Shown: positions 6,814 through 17,242 of the stretch, one piece after another
Layout of the letters: every line of letters begins with the position of its first letter
Numbering within the stretch: position 1 is the stretch's first letter
Origin: an uncultured Polyangiales bacterium
Lineage (GTDB): Bacteria > Myxococcota_A > Polyangia > Polyangiales > GCA-016699535
Reading direction: 5' to 3'
Length of the DNA: 64,000 bases
Assembly (NCBI GenBank): GCA_964640175.1
Contig: CAZXFW010000003.1
Span: forward strand, 256,072-320,071
Translations under genes and position numbers: made by a program
The notes under the pieces: model-generated
The model's input: only the letters and a program-made list of their open reading frames with translations
Databases searched by the model: none
Told to the model about the DNA's origin: nothing

Positions 6814-8840
6814 ACCGACGGGTGCGCTTCGCCGGTCTTTTCTCCTACTTTCTATTTGCACTCGTTTTAGGGGTATTTGCGTTTCATGATCATGCGGATG
6901 CACAGTATACCGCAACCGCACAAGTGGATCGGCCCATCGCCGCGCCGGTTGCTGAGGAACCCACACTTTCAGCCAGCGTCGTCGAATCCGACGATCGGGC
7001 CAAATCACTCGAAAGTGTAGACGAACTGATCTTAGAGGTGCCTGGAACACGTCTCCAAAGGTTTGGAGCCTATGGTTCCTTTACAGCCCTTTCGTTACGT
7101 GGGGCTGAGTTTGATCACACCACGGTATTGTTTGGAAACATTCCTTTGCGTAGCGCAGATGGCGGCGCGTTTGATTTATCCACGATTCCGCTGGCGGTCT
7201 TGGAACGGGTGGAAGTGTACCGAGGGGCAGCACCGGCATGGCTCGTCAACTCTGGCATTGGCGGCGTGTTGCAATTACTTCCACGCGAAGCACACACTTC
7301 TGAGGTTGAACTTGGCCTGGGGGTCGGCTCCTTTGGGCTTCTTGATACCCATGCCGCTACATCTGTGATCACTCCGAGCGGGCTGCGTTGGACTGCCGTG
7401 GCAGGTGTGACGCATAGCGATAACGACTTCGAATATAAGGACGAAAGTGGCACGCACTTTGACCCTTCCGACGATGTGATACGCAAACGGCGTAACGCAG
7501 AACTTTTACAAGCGTACACACTGCTGCATGCAATCGCACCGCTCGCAGAAGGTGAACTCGAAGCCATGGTGTTTGGCTTTGAACGCACGGGAGGAGAACC
7601 TGGACCGGCGTTTCAAGGCAGCGAATATACCCATCGCACCCTTAGCCGTTATTTGTCTGCGCTGCGGTACAGTCGACAGTCAAAAGGATCAGCCGATCGC
7701 TCCAAATACTGGCGCTGGCAACTCTTGGGATCGGCAGCCTATACGCGCAATCGCTTTACGGATTTACTGGGAGAGATTGGTTTAGGCCAGAGGTCTACGG
7801 ACGATCGTAGCTTACTCACCCAATTGCGAGCCGCCGCGGAATGGCGCCTTTTACCATGGCTTGATTTAACAACAGCCACCCAGTGGGAACACGACCGCTA
7901 TGCGCCTGAAGATGCCCTCTCGCCTTTCCCGGTGGAATCATCCGATCGTGATCATCTGTTAGCCACGGTAGAGACACTCATGCAAGGGCGTCTTGGAAAA
8001 CACCGCTGGCAAGTACGCCCTTCAGCAAAACTTGAGATGATTTCATCCAGACTTTCATCCATCCAACCCGAAACACTGGGTGTAGAAACTGAGAATCTCA
8101 TCCTGGCACCGACCTTTCGAGTAGGCGGAGTGTTGGAGCTCAGCCAATACCTGAGCCTTGCAGCTTCAGGCTACAGCAGTACCCGTGCGCCCACGATGGT
8201 CGAACTTTTTGGGCAACGAGGCTACCTCATGGGCAACTCACATCTTGAACCCGAAATAGCCGTAAGCGCCGACGTGGGCATGAACCTTCAAGGCAAGACA
8301 AACGCCGTACAGGCCCAAGCGCAACTTCGAGGGTTTGTTTCATCCATACAGGATTTGATCGTATATAGCCGCGTCAACGCTCAAGGGCTCTACGGCCCGC
8401 GTAACACAGACGAAGCCTTTATTTACGGATTAGAAACAAGCGCTGAGCTTTCCTTGTTCGAACACTGCTGGCTCCTTGGCAACCTGACAGCCATGCACAC
8501 TCAAGACGTGGCCCGTGATCGTGAATTGCCATTGCGGCAACGGCTTCAAGCGTATGTGCGTCCAGAGTATCGCATCACCGATCTGGGACCCATGGACATG
8601 GCGACGCTCTTTGTAGACATGCAATATCGAAGCAGTCTGTTTTCGGACGTCACAAACACGGTCGTGCTTCCAGAACAATGGGTGTTTGGCACAGGTGTGC
8701 GGGTATGGATGTTAAAAAAACGCTTAGAGCTTGCTGGATCGATCCGTAATATCTTTGATACAACGGTACGTGATGTGCTGGCCTTTCCGTTGCCAGGCCG
8801 AACCTTTAGCATGGACATGACATGGCATATTCCATTCTGA
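6798..8840 (+). CDS. TonB-dependent outer membrane receptor
   Basis: 680 aa with a signal peptide ending HADA-Q, a plug-like region (LRGAEFDHTTVLFGNIPL, ERVEVYRGA) and a terminal aromatic (TWHIPF). The start may be GTG 6822 because 6798 lies in the terminator T-tract. Confidence 0.85.
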   Translation: MFCVYDRRVRFAGLFSYFLFALVLGVFAFHDHADAQYTATAQVDRPIAAPVAEEPTLSASVVESDDRAKSLESVDELILEVPGTRLQRFGAYGSFTALSLRGAEFDHTTVLFGNIPLRSADGGAFDLSTIPLAVLERVEVYRGAAPAWLVNSGIGGVLQLLPREAHTSEVELGLGVGSFGLLDTHAATSVITPSGLRWTAVAGVTHSDNDFEYKDESGTHFDPSDDVIRKRRNAELLQAYTLLHAIAPLAEGELEAMVFGFERTGGEPGPAFQGSEYTHRTLSRYLSALRYSRQSKGSADRSKYWRWQLLGSAAYTRNRFTDLLGEIGLGQRSTDDRSLLTQLRAAAEWRLLPWLDLTTATQWEHDRYAPEDALSPFPVESSDRDHLLATVETLMQGRLGKHRWQVRPSAKLEMISSRLSSIQPETLGVETENLILAPTFRVGGVLELSQYLSLAASGYSSTRAPTMVELFGQRGYLMGNSHLEPEIAVSADVGMNLQGKTNAVQAQAQLRGFVSSIQDLIVYSRVNAQGLYGPRNTDEAFIYGLETSAELSLFEHCWLLGNLTAMHTQDVARDRELPLRQRLQAYVRPEYRITDLGPMDMATLFVDMQYRSSLFSDVTNTVVLPEQWVFGTGVRVWMLKKRLELAGSIRNIFDTTVRDVLAFPLPGRTFSMDMTWHIPF

Positions 8841-10108
8841 AAACGCCACAAACCATGGCTTTGCTAGCGTTGGTAAGTTTATGTGCCTGCAATGCCAGCT
8901 CGCCCTATCCCCATGCCAATCTTGAGCCTTTGGATGAACCTCCAGGATTCGCCGTCGTCACCTCTGACTATGTCTCGACCGCGATTGCTTTATTGAATAC
9001 AGAAGGCGACGAGTTAATCACGGAAGCTTGGATCGACTCCGGCACCACACCGCCAGGTCTGACGACCACAATCGGCGGCGATGTCGTGCTTGCAAGCACC
9101 CCACCGCCCGATGGCACGCTGACACTGATTGATCGCTTAGGAGTAGATGTCGTCACACGCATCGAGGTGCCCACAGGAAACGTGCTGCAGCAAATTCATG
9201 CCCAAAGCACCAACGCAGGGGAGACAGGGTTTCGAGCAAACCCGCATGATTGGCTGAGGTTGAATGAGGGTACCGGGCTCATCTCCCGCCATGAACCCAA
9301 TCGAAATCCCAATGCCACAGAACTCGATCAAGGCAATGACGTAATCTCGGTGGATATTCCCTCGGGGCTGATTACGGGGCGCATCGATCTCTCTTCACTA
9401 GGAGAAACCCTCGATGGCACGTTGATTTACGCTAGGCCAACCTACTTACAGCCGCTGAACAATACAGTCGCCATTGGACTAGCACGGCTAAGCCTGGATT
9501 TTCGCACCGCAGGCAAAGGAGCCCTTGGACTCTATAATACGCTCAACCACGAATTAACGCGGGTGGATTTTAAAGACACCGCAAACTGCGGAACCATTGC
9601 TTCCATGCCAGGCAGTCTCAACGAACTATGGGTGCTCTGCGCAGGAGACACGTTTTCTAGCACCGAACAACGCAGATTACGCAGCGGTATTATCCGGGTA
9701 TCATTGACAAGCCCTGGTACTGCCATCTCCACCTATCAGTGGCTTGCCAAATCCCATGGGAATGTGCTTGTGCCAAGTACTGGCCTGATTCCAATCAATC
9801 ACCATCTCGTCGTTGCGGTGGCAACTGGCGATGCCTTACAAAAAGAAAAGGATCAGATCTTAGTCATCGATACCGACACAAACACGACAACCGTTTTATT
9901 TGAAGCAGACGATAGTTTTATCCTTGGCCAAGGCTGTTACGCCGCCGAACATAATCGCATGCTTATTCCAGACGCGTCGGTAGGGATACGCCGCTGGAGT
10001 GTCACAGAAAACCTTGAGTTTCTCCCTCTTCCCACCATTGACACATCCCCGTTGAGACGGCTTCCTGCACGCGAAATCAGGCCCCTTGTGGGAACCGCCG
10101 CACCATGA
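8822..10108 (+). CDS. Lipoprotein of unknown function downstream of the TonB-dependent receptor
   Basis: 428 aa with a signal and lipobox-like LVSLCAC. Overlaps the receptor gene end by 19 nt. Confidence 0.65.
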   Translation: MAYSILKTPQTMALLALVSLCACNASSPYPHANLEPLDEPPGFAVVTSDYVSTAIALLNTEGDELITEAWIDSGTTPPGLTTTIGGDVVLASTPPPDGTLTLIDRLGVDVVTRIEVPTGNVLQQIHAQSTNAGETGFRANPHDWLRLNEGTGLISRHEPNRNPNATELDQGNDVISVDIPSGLITGRIDLSSLGETLDGTLIYARPTYLQPLNNTVAIGLARLSLDFRTAGKGALGLYNTLNHELTRVDFKDTANCGTIASMPGSLNELWVLCAGDTFSSTEQRRLRSGIIRVSLTSPGTAISTYQWLAKSHGNVLVPSTGLIPINHHLVVAVATGDALQKEKDQILVIDTDTNTTTVLFEADDSFILGQGCYAAEHNRMLIPDASVGIRRWSVTENLEFLPLPTIDTSPLRRLPAREIRPLVGTAAP

Positions 10109-10184
10109 AAGGACAATCGTCGTTTCAGTGGAGACGACGAGCATCCAGATTCCGCTCCTGTTGTAAAATTATACCCTGAGTAAA

Positions 10185-11288
10185 CTACCCGTGGTTTCCC
10201 TGCCACCGCAGCCAATGATCAGCCAGCACCATGGCAACCATGGCTTCTGCGATAGGAATAAAGCGAGGCAAAAGACATGGATCGTGACGCCCCTTGGTAC
10301 GGATGCTGGTGGGTTTGCCATCCCGAGTCACAGTAGCCTGCTCCTTGGGAAGGCTGCTGGTGGGTTTGACGGCAGCTCGAAGCACAATCGGCATCCCACT
10401 GGAGATGCCTCCTAACATGCCTCCATGGCGATTGTCTCGGGTGACAATCGCACCGTCACGTGCCTCAAATACATCGTTATGTTCGCTGCCACGTATAAGC
10501 GCACAGCCAAACCCTGATCCGTACTCCACTCCCATCACAGCTTGAATGCTAAACAACGCTTTGGCCAAGTCGGCCTTGAGCTTGTCAAACACAGGTTCGC
10601 CCAATCCTGCAGGAATGTGACTGGCACAAATCTCTGCAATTCCTCCGAGCGAATCCTGATCTTTACGCGCAGCTTCAATCAACTCCACCATTTTGGCTGC
10701 AGCGACTGGATCGGGACAACGCACGATATTGGGCTCTCCATTGGGTAAGGTTTCCACCTGTTCGAGCGTCACGGCTGCGGGGTCTCGGATTTCCGCACGA
10801 ACGCTGCCTACCTGAACCACATATCCCACCACGCATCCTCCAAAAGCACGTGCCAGGATTTTTTTGGCAATCGCCCCAGCCGCGACTCGGACTACGGTTT
10901 CGCGTGCACTGGCGCGACCACCCCCGCGGTAATCACGAAAGCCGTACTTGGCGTCGTAGGAATGATCGGCATGTCCAGGCCGATATTTATCTTTAATATC
11001 TGAATAATCTTTACTACGGGCATCTTCGTTAGGCACCAAGATAGCGATGCTGGTGCCGGTGGTTTTCCCTTCAAACACACCGCTTAGAATTTGAGCTTCG
11101 TCGGTTTCTTTGCGTTGGGTGACAATGCGGCTTTGTCCAGGCTTGCGGCGCTGTAAATCCTGAGACAGATCCTCCACAGTCAGCGCAATCCCAGGAGGAC
11201 AGCCGTCGATGATCACTAAATTGGCGGGGCCGTGAGATTCACCCGCGGTGGTAATACGAAACGCTTGCCCAAAACTATTGCCTGCCAT
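10185..11288 (-). CDS. aroC: Chorismate synthase
   Basis: MAGNSFGQAFRITTAGESHG N-terminus. The ATG at 11288 shares one nt with the upstream TGA (TGATG). Confidence 0.95.
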   Translation of the reverse strand: MAGNSFGQAFRITTAGESHGPANLVIIDGCPPGIALTVEDLSQDLQRRKPGQSRIVTQRKETDEAQILSGVFEGKTTGTSIAILVPNEDARSKDYSDIKDKYRPGHADHSYDAKYGFRDYRGGGRASARETVVRVAAGAIAKKILARAFGGCVVGYVVQVGSVRAEIRDPAAVTLEQVETLPNGEPNIVRCPDPVAAAKMVELIEAARKDQDSLGGIAEICASHIPAGLGEPVFDKLKADLAKALFSIQAVMGVEYGSGFGCALIRGSEHNDVFEARDGAIVTRDNRHGGMLGGISSGMPIVLRAAVKPTSSLPKEQATVTRDGKPTSIRTKGRHDPCLLPRFIPIAEAMVAMVLADHWLRWQGNHG

Positions 11289-12223
11289 CAACGTGGCTCC
11301 GCAGCCACAACGCGATTGCGCCCCTGCCCTTTGGCCTGATACAGGGCTTCGTCTGCCAGTGTGATAAGTTGCGCAGGCTCTTGGATGCGAGCATCGGGAG
11401 CTGCTGCTACTCCTAAGCTGATGGTGACAGGAATTTTTACCCCGTTATAGACAAAACCGTGATTCATCACTGCGGTGCGCATACGCTCAGCAAAATGCAC
11501 ACCCCCGGATAGATTGATTCCTCTACATAGAAACACAAACTCTTCACCCCCATAACGGGCAAAAACATCTTCGGCGCGCACAGAGCGGTTAAGCCCTGCC
11601 GAAAGCGTCGTAAGGACGTAGTCTCCAGCAGGGTGCCCATACGTATCGTTAATCCGCTTGAAATAATCGATGTCAAACAGAAGCAACGCTAAGGGGTTTT
11701 GGTGGCGTTGCATGTACGCAAACTCACTCTCAAGCCTGTCTAAGAAATAACGTCGGTTAAAAAGTTTGGTCAGCCCATCGCGTAACGCTGACTCGTACAT
11801 TTGCTTCTGGAATTGTTCTTCAAGTTGATCGTGGTAGGTGAATTTCAAAATGGTGGTTGAACCAAGCTGAATTTTATCACCGTCTGTCAGTGAGACTCGA
11901 CCTCCCACGCGTGAGCCATTGACGAATGTTCCATTGGTCGATCCTAGATCTTCCACCAACACACTGGCATCGCTAAGGTAAACCCGCGCATGTTGGCGTG
12001 AGATACCTTCGTCTGTCACCCGGATATCGGCAATCTGACCACGGCCCATGATAAGGGGCTTATCAAGCTTATACATCTCTCCCACATTGCTTCCTGAAAG
12101 AATAATTAAGTATGCTCGGTCGTTTTTAGTGGCCGAGAGAACAGGCAGCTTTTCAGCAATGACAGTAAGATCTTCATCCTCTCCAGGAGAGAGCTTCGGG
12201 TTAGAATCCTTGACGGACGACAT
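11288..12223 (-). CDS. FHA domain-containing diguanylate cyclase (GGDEF)
   Basis: FHA strings (GRGQIADIRVTDEGISRQHARV, GSTNGTFVNG), an I-site RAED five residues before GGEEF, and an ATG at 12223 (ORF opens at TTG 12241). Confidence 0.85.
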   Translation of the reverse strand: MSSVKDSNPKLSPGEDEDLTVIAEKLPVLSATKNDRAYLIILSGSNVGEMYKLDKPLIMGRGQIADIRVTDEGISRQHARVYLSDASVLVEDLGSTNGTFVNGSRVGGRVSLTDGDKIQLGSTTILKFTYHDQLEEQFQKQMYESALRDGLTKLFNRRYFLDRLESEFAYMQRHQNPLALLLFDIDYFKRINDTYGHPAGDYVLTTLSAGLNRSVRAEDVFARYGGEEFVFLCRGINLSGGVHFAERMRTAVMNHGFVYNGVKIPVTISLGVAAAPDARIQEPAQLITLADEALYQAKGQGRNRVVAAEPR

Positions 12224-12274
12224 GTCAGGGCATTGTATCAAACCATGAGCTCAAGTACCAACTGCTCTACGGTG

Positions 12275-13312
12275 ATGTCATTTCGATGCTTACGGACTTG
12301 GTTGTTTTTACTCTCGGCAGAAACTGCCCATAAAATCGCTTTTTTTGCCTGGCGACTGGGGTTACGCCTGCCTGGAATCGCCTATGGGTTGCGACATACG
12401 TTTACCTTTGCTCATCCCGCGCTTCACGTACAGGCGCTCGGGTTGACGTTTCCCAACCCTGTAGGCCTTGCAGCCGGCTTTGACAAAAACGCCGTGGGTT
12501 ACAATGCCATGGGCGCTATGGGGTTTGGTTTTGTGGAAATCGGCACTGTGACGCCGCTTGCACAAGCTGGCAATCCGAAGCCACGTTTGTTCCGTCTGCC
12601 CGAGGAGCGTGCTCTGATCAACCGCTTAGGATTTAACAACGATGGCGCCATTAAAGTCAGCCAGCGGCTAACGCGCCCTCGAAACGTGATCGTTGGAGTC
12701 AATATTGGGAAAAACAAAAAAACCGCTGAGTCCCATGCCATCGATGACTACATCGCTTGCACCCAGGCACTCGCGCCATACGCAGACTACCTCGTAGTCA
12801 ACGTAAGCTCACCCAACACTCCTGGATTAAGAGATTTACAGTCGGTAGATAAGCTTCGGCCTCTACTCACCGCTGTTCGGAACACTGCAAACACCACGGT
12901 GCCTACACGGCATGTCCCGTTATTAATGAAAATCGCGCCCGATCTGGATGAACAAGAATTAGATCAGTTGGCATCACTCGCACTTGAACTCCGCTTGGAT
13001 GGCATCATTGCCACGAATACGACTGTGGACCGAAACGAATTGAGGCATTCTGCGTCTGCGCACGCCAGCGAACAGGGGGGGGTATCCGGCGCACCTCTAA
13101 AAACACGAGCCCTGTCTGTGCTTCGCCGGCTCAAGCGCACCGTGGGAGATCAAGTGGTTCTTATTGCTTGCGGCGGCATCGAAACCGCAGAGGATGTCCG
13201 GCAAAGGCTTGCGGCAGGCGCAACGTTGGTACAGCTATATACGGGTCTCGTCTACCATGGCCCATCCTTGCCAAGCACCATTAATCGGGATTTGTTAACC
13301 TCCAATGAGTAA
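12275..13312 (+). CDS. pyrD: Dihydroorotate dehydrogenase (quinone)
   Basis: Class 2 PyrD pattern ([35 protein letters not shown]). Start chosen by N-terminal similarity; the ORF opens at 12233. Confidence 0.9.
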   Translation: MSFRCLRTWLFLLSAETAHKIAFFAWRLGLRLPGIAYGLRHTFTFAHPALHVQALGLTFPNPVGLAAGFDKNAVGYNAMGAMGFGFVEIGTVTPLAQAGNPKPRLFRLPEERALINRLGFNNDGAIKVSQRLTRPRNVIVGVNIGKNKKTAESHAIDDYIACTQALAPYADYLVVNVSSPNTPGLRDLQSVDKLRPLLTAVRNTANTTVPTRHVPLLMKIAPDLDEQELDQLASLALELRLDGIIATNTTVDRNELRHSASAHASEQGGVSGAPLKTRALSVLRRLKRTVGDQVVLIACGGIETAEDVRQRLAAGATLVQLYTGLVYHGPSLPSTINRDLLTSNE

Positions 13313-16300
13313 CTCACCCACCCATGGGCATAACGCTCAGACGGATACGTCTGTAGCACGTACGTTGGTTGTTTATCCAAACCACGCCTTGGCACAAGCG
13401 CATATGGCCAACCATGCCATCCAATCTCCTTACGGAGTGTGTCTTGGCTCAAATGGCATGGCATTGCAAGATCTTGAACAGCGTATCATCCAAGATCTAT
13501 TGGGCACTCATACCGTCGTGCTTTCCAATCTGGAAGAACGCTGTTGGCTACGCGTACTTGCCGCCTCTGACGTGCTTAAACACGTATATCACCCCAACGT
13601 CACCGACCGGCCACGTTTTGTGGACGTATTACAAAGCGCCCTTCACTACTGCCATGCGTTAGGACTCACTCCACAACGCCTTAAAGAACTTGGGAAAACC
13701 AAATCATCCCCACACCACACACAGCTCACCGCCCTTGCACACGTTTTTTTCCACTGGGAAAAATTCCTTCAAGAAAACGGTGTCTGGAGCCAGCATACCG
13801 CCCTCCTTGAAGTCATTTCGCGATTCGCAACCAACGCAGAGGTCCCAAATACGCTGCGACATCAGGAACGTCTTATCTTCAAATATGCCTACCAACTTTC
13901 GCCGTTGCAAATTCGTTTCATTGAAGCCATTGGTACCCGGCTCGGCCCGTCGGTTGAATGTGTGATCGAGATTCCACACCATGAAGGCAGCTCCAGGTAC
14001 TTTCGAAAAACCGCCCACCTTCTAGAACAACTTGAAAAGACTGGCGATCAATTAGCCACCACGGTACTTCCCACAAGTCCACTCAACCCATCGGACATTG
14101 GATCGCTACTACTGCATGCGTTGATGAAGGAACCGGCTGCTCCTGAAGTGCCTTGGTCTCGCATTGCCATACACGAATCGAGTAGTCCTTTCCAAGAACG
14201 TCTTGCTGTTGTCGAACAAGTGCATCAGTGGATCGGACAAGGCATTGCCCCCGAAGAAATTGTCGTGGCGGTTCGCACCATTGACGAAGAAACTCAACTT
14301 TTACGATTGGCCCTAGAAGACAGTGGCCTATCCGTGCTGCCCGTTCTTCGATCAGCACTTTCCGCGTCATCGCTTTTACGTTGGTTTATCCAGATACTGG
14401 CACTTTCGTATCAACCCTGGAACAAAGAAACCGTGATGGCATTACTTGCCAGCCACTATGCGGGAAGTCTACGCCATGGCGAGGCTCAAGCCATCATCCG
14501 AGGATTCTCTGCAGTACTGCCGCCCGCTGAAACAACCCCTGATGCCCTAATTGGAGCGTGCAAACAGTATGAAAGCACCCACAGCAATACGTGTGCTGAA
14601 GCATTGAAAGCCCTAGCTAAAGTGCTTGCCCCTCTCACTGTGCCTCAACAGTTGTCCACCTTCGTAGAGCACACACGAACGCTGATGACACAGTGCCGAA
14701 TACACCACAACATGCCTCTTCCTGCGCGCACTCGGCAAGAACTGCGCACGCTTATTCTTGCCGAGGATCCTTTAAGCGTCGAAGTGAGCCTCGCCATGGG
14801 TCGCGAAGAGCTGGGAATCGATGCCCTTGAACACGTGCTAAGCCAACTGGAACTCCTCGGAACCCGATTGACTCATACTCTAAAGCCCGAAGTGTATTGG
14901 CACATGCTCACCGATGCGTTGAATAGTCATAAAATACATCCTCCTGGGCCACGTAACGGTGCCGTAAAAATCCTTGGTGTGCATCAACTGGTGGGCATGC
15001 GCTTTGACGCTATCATCATCCCTGAACTGGTGGATGGCCGGTTTCCGGCTCCTTCACGGCCTTCTGCGCTATTGCCTATGTTGGATCCCCGTAAGCTGTC
15101 TTTAAGGCAATCTCATGTTCCAGACGCTAAAGAACCCACGCTTGAAGAGGTTCAGTGGCTACAATTCCAACACGAAGAAGAAGCATTATTGTTTGCGTTG
15201 AGCATCAATGCTGCCAAGAGCCACGTTGCGCTTAGCTATTCAGCCTATGATACCGCGGGGCGTGAGACCTTGCCTGCACTGTTTGTTCAAGAATGCATTG
15301 CCCTTGCCCACGTTGCAGATCAGTCAAGCCGTATTCATAAACACCCCGATGAGCCTTTGCCAACAATCGAACATGCCTATGGAAAAGAACGTTTTAGCCG
15401 TGCTGCGACAAGCGCACTCTATCCTGCTTCTCTAGGACAGTTTATCCACGATCTGGCAAAAGACGAGCCCCCAAAGCATACCCTTTATGATGATATCCCA
15501 GGCCTTGAACTGCCAAGTGTACTTCGTCGCGCTCACATCGAACGGCAACGCCTTGCTCATGCCTACAGCAAAGGAAAGCTGTATCATACGCCTTACACAG
15601 GATGTCTTCGCGATCATCTTGATGATGTTCCGCAACATTTGCCAGGGTCTAAAGAACATCCGCTCTCACCTTCTCAACTCGAAACGGCTGCGCGTTGTCC
15701 ATTTCAAGATTTCGCAACACGTGTTCTAAAGTTACGCCCTAAAAAAGCGCCTCAATACGACATGGAGCCCAAAGAAGATGGCCAACTGGCACACCGATGC
15801 TTTGAAGCCGCCATGAAAGCAATCATTGATCAAAACCTTGGCAGCTACCGTCCCGAAAACTATCCTGCCGCCCAGGGTATTGCGCTAGCTGCCATCGATG
15901 CGGTGCTTAAACAGCATCCTGAGCGGCATTCCATGCCTACCGCTCTTTTCGAACACCACGCCAAAGCAATTCGCGATAAACTTCTTGCGCTCCTTGAGCA
16001 CATGTACAATGAAAATGAAAATTTCTCTCCATCCAGTCCAGAGCTTACCTTTGCGGAAGGAAGCGAATGGCCCGCCATTAAACTGACTACCAGCAACTCC
16101 GAAGCACCCTTATGGATCCACGGGCGCATCGATCTCATGGAAACAGATGGCACCATCTGGCGTGCTACCGATCTCAAACGCCAACGCAAAAGCAGGCTGA
16201 CCCAACAGATGACACCCAAAACGCTTGGGCAAACATCCTTGCAGCTCCCTATTTACGCTGTAGCGTGTCACGCCAAGTATCCTGAAAAACTACATGATGC

Positions 16301-16589
16301 ACGCTATCTTTCACTCAAAGACGGCAAAGCCTTATCTTCGCTTCGAACTCACATGGAAACAAATCAGGGGTGGAAAAAAGATGACCGAAGTCTTGACGAT
16401 CTCCTCACCTTGACGACACCGGAGGGTACGCTGACTTCGTTAGGAATAACCCTGACAACCCTTGCAGAAAAAATGCGGAGCAATACCTACGCTTTAGAGC
16501 CGATAGAGGGCGCCTGCGAACGTTGTGATTTCACGGCGCTATGCCGCATCCCACGCACAGACATCGCAGAGGTTCCCGACTCACCCTAA
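13305..16589 (+). CDS. AddB-like PD-(D/E)xK nuclease family protein (helicase-nuclease subunit, no Walker A seen)
   Basis: 1094 aa. C-terminal RecB-type nuclease motifs GRIDLM, DLKRQRK and QLPIYAV, plus four Cys (ARCPF ... CERCDFTALC) as in the AddB Fe-S nuclease domain. Confidence 0.7.
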   Translation: MSNSPTHGHNAQTDTSVARTLVVYPNHALAQAHMANHAIQSPYGVCLGSNGMALQDLEQRIIQDLLGTHTVVLSNLEERCWLRVLAASDVLKHVYHPNVTDRPRFVDVLQSALHYCHALGLTPQRLKELGKTKSSPHHTQLTALAHVFFHWEKFLQENGVWSQHTALLEVISRFATNAEVPNTLRHQERLIFKYAYQLSPLQIRFIEAIGTRLGPSVECVIEIPHHEGSSRYFRKTAHLLEQLEKTGDQLATTVLPTSPLNPSDIGSLLLHALMKEPAAPEVPWSRIAIHESSSPFQERLAVVEQVHQWIGQGIAPEEIVVAVRTIDEETQLLRLALEDSGLSVLPVLRSALSASSLLRWFIQILALSYQPWNKETVMALLASHYAGSLRHGEAQAIIRGFSAVLPPAETTPDALIGACKQYESTHSNTCAEALKALAKVLAPLTVPQQLSTFVEHTRTLMTQCRIHHNMPLPARTRQELRTLILAEDPLSVEVSLAMGREELGIDALEHVLSQLELLGTRLTHTLKPEVYWHMLTDALNSHKIHPPGPRNGAVKILGVHQLVGMRFDAIIIPELVDGRFPAPSRPSALLPMLDPRKLSLRQSHVPDAKEPTLEEVQWLQFQHEEEALLFALSINAAKSHVALSYSAYDTAGRETLPALFVQECIALAHVADQSSRIHKHPDEPLPTIEHAYGKERFSRAATSALYPASLGQFIHDLAKDEPPKHTLYDDIPGLELPSVLRRAHIERQRLAHAYSKGKLYHTPYTGCLRDHLDDVPQHLPGSKEHPLSPSQLETAARCPFQDFATRVLKLRPKKAPQYDMEPKEDGQLAHRCFEAAMKAIIDQNLGSYRPENYPAAQGIALAAIDAVLKQHPERHSMPTALFEHHAKAIRDKLLALLEHMYNENENFSPSSPELTFAEGSEWPAIKLTTSNSEAPLWIHGRIDLMETDGTIWRATDLKRQRKSRLTQQMTPKTLGQTSLQLPIYAVACHAKYPEKLHDARYLSLKDGKALSSLRTHMETNQGWKKDDRSLDDLLTLTTPEGTLTSLGITLTTLAEKMRSNTYALEPIEGACERCDFTALCRIPRTDIAEVPDSP

Positions 16590-16610
16590 CCCATGTCTGA
16601 TGCTGACACA

Positions 16611-17132
16611 TCATGCATGAATAACTGGCCGCATGTTGAGTACGTACCGTCCTATCCAGGCATACTCTTTCCATGCCCCGTAATAGGCCTTAATCCCAAT
16701 AAAGATCACATACGATACCATTGCCACGTACACGACACTTGCTAGCGTGATGGTACCCATAAAAAGGACGAACCCTAAAAACGATCCACCAAATCCCACA
16801 CCCATCACCAACAGATTCCATGCAAAGAAACACAGCTGGACTGCCACACTTTGGTGCATGTGAAACATTTCAAAGGGTGTCCTTCGTTTGGTAAACCAAA
16901 GCACCATCAGCGGCAACACAGGACCAAACATACCGCAACACACCACAGCTCCCATCGCAGGAAACAGATGTGCTAAAAGCGCATGCCGTCGTTCCTCACC
17001 ATCAGGGAGGTATCCAGAGGCTTTGGCCCGCGCAAAGTAACCCTCAGTAGGAGGATTCGAAGACGCATCAGAGGCGTCCGTTGCGGGTTTTTCTGTGAAT
17101 TCTGGCTGATCGAAGCCATCTGAAGCAGTCAT
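16611..17132 (-). CDS. DUF4870-like integral membrane protein
   Basis: 173 aa with EERRHALLAHL followed by 3-4 hydrophobic helices. Confidence 0.6.
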   Translation of the reverse strand: MTASDGFDQPEFTEKPATDASDASSNPPTEGYFARAKASGYLPDGEERRHALLAHLFPAMGAVVCCGMFGPVLPLMVLWFTKRRTPFEMFHMHQSVAVQLCFFAWNLLVMGVGFGGSFLGFVLFMGTITLASVVYVAMVSYVIFIGIKAYYGAWKEYAWIGRYVLNMRPVIHA

Positions 17133-17242
17133 CTACCTTCTTTAACCCGGTCTAAACTGCGCCGCAATATCCCAAATGCCGAATACACGAGCATCTACGC
17201 GCAAATAGCGCTATACTTCGCACCCAATCTTGTGAGGTCGAC

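Noticed and set aside
10117-10140. Hairpin TCGTCGT-N10-ACGACGA between convergent genes as a bidirectional terminator
   Set aside because: The 7-bp stem is real, but there is no U-tract on either strand. It is noted but not annotated as a terminator.
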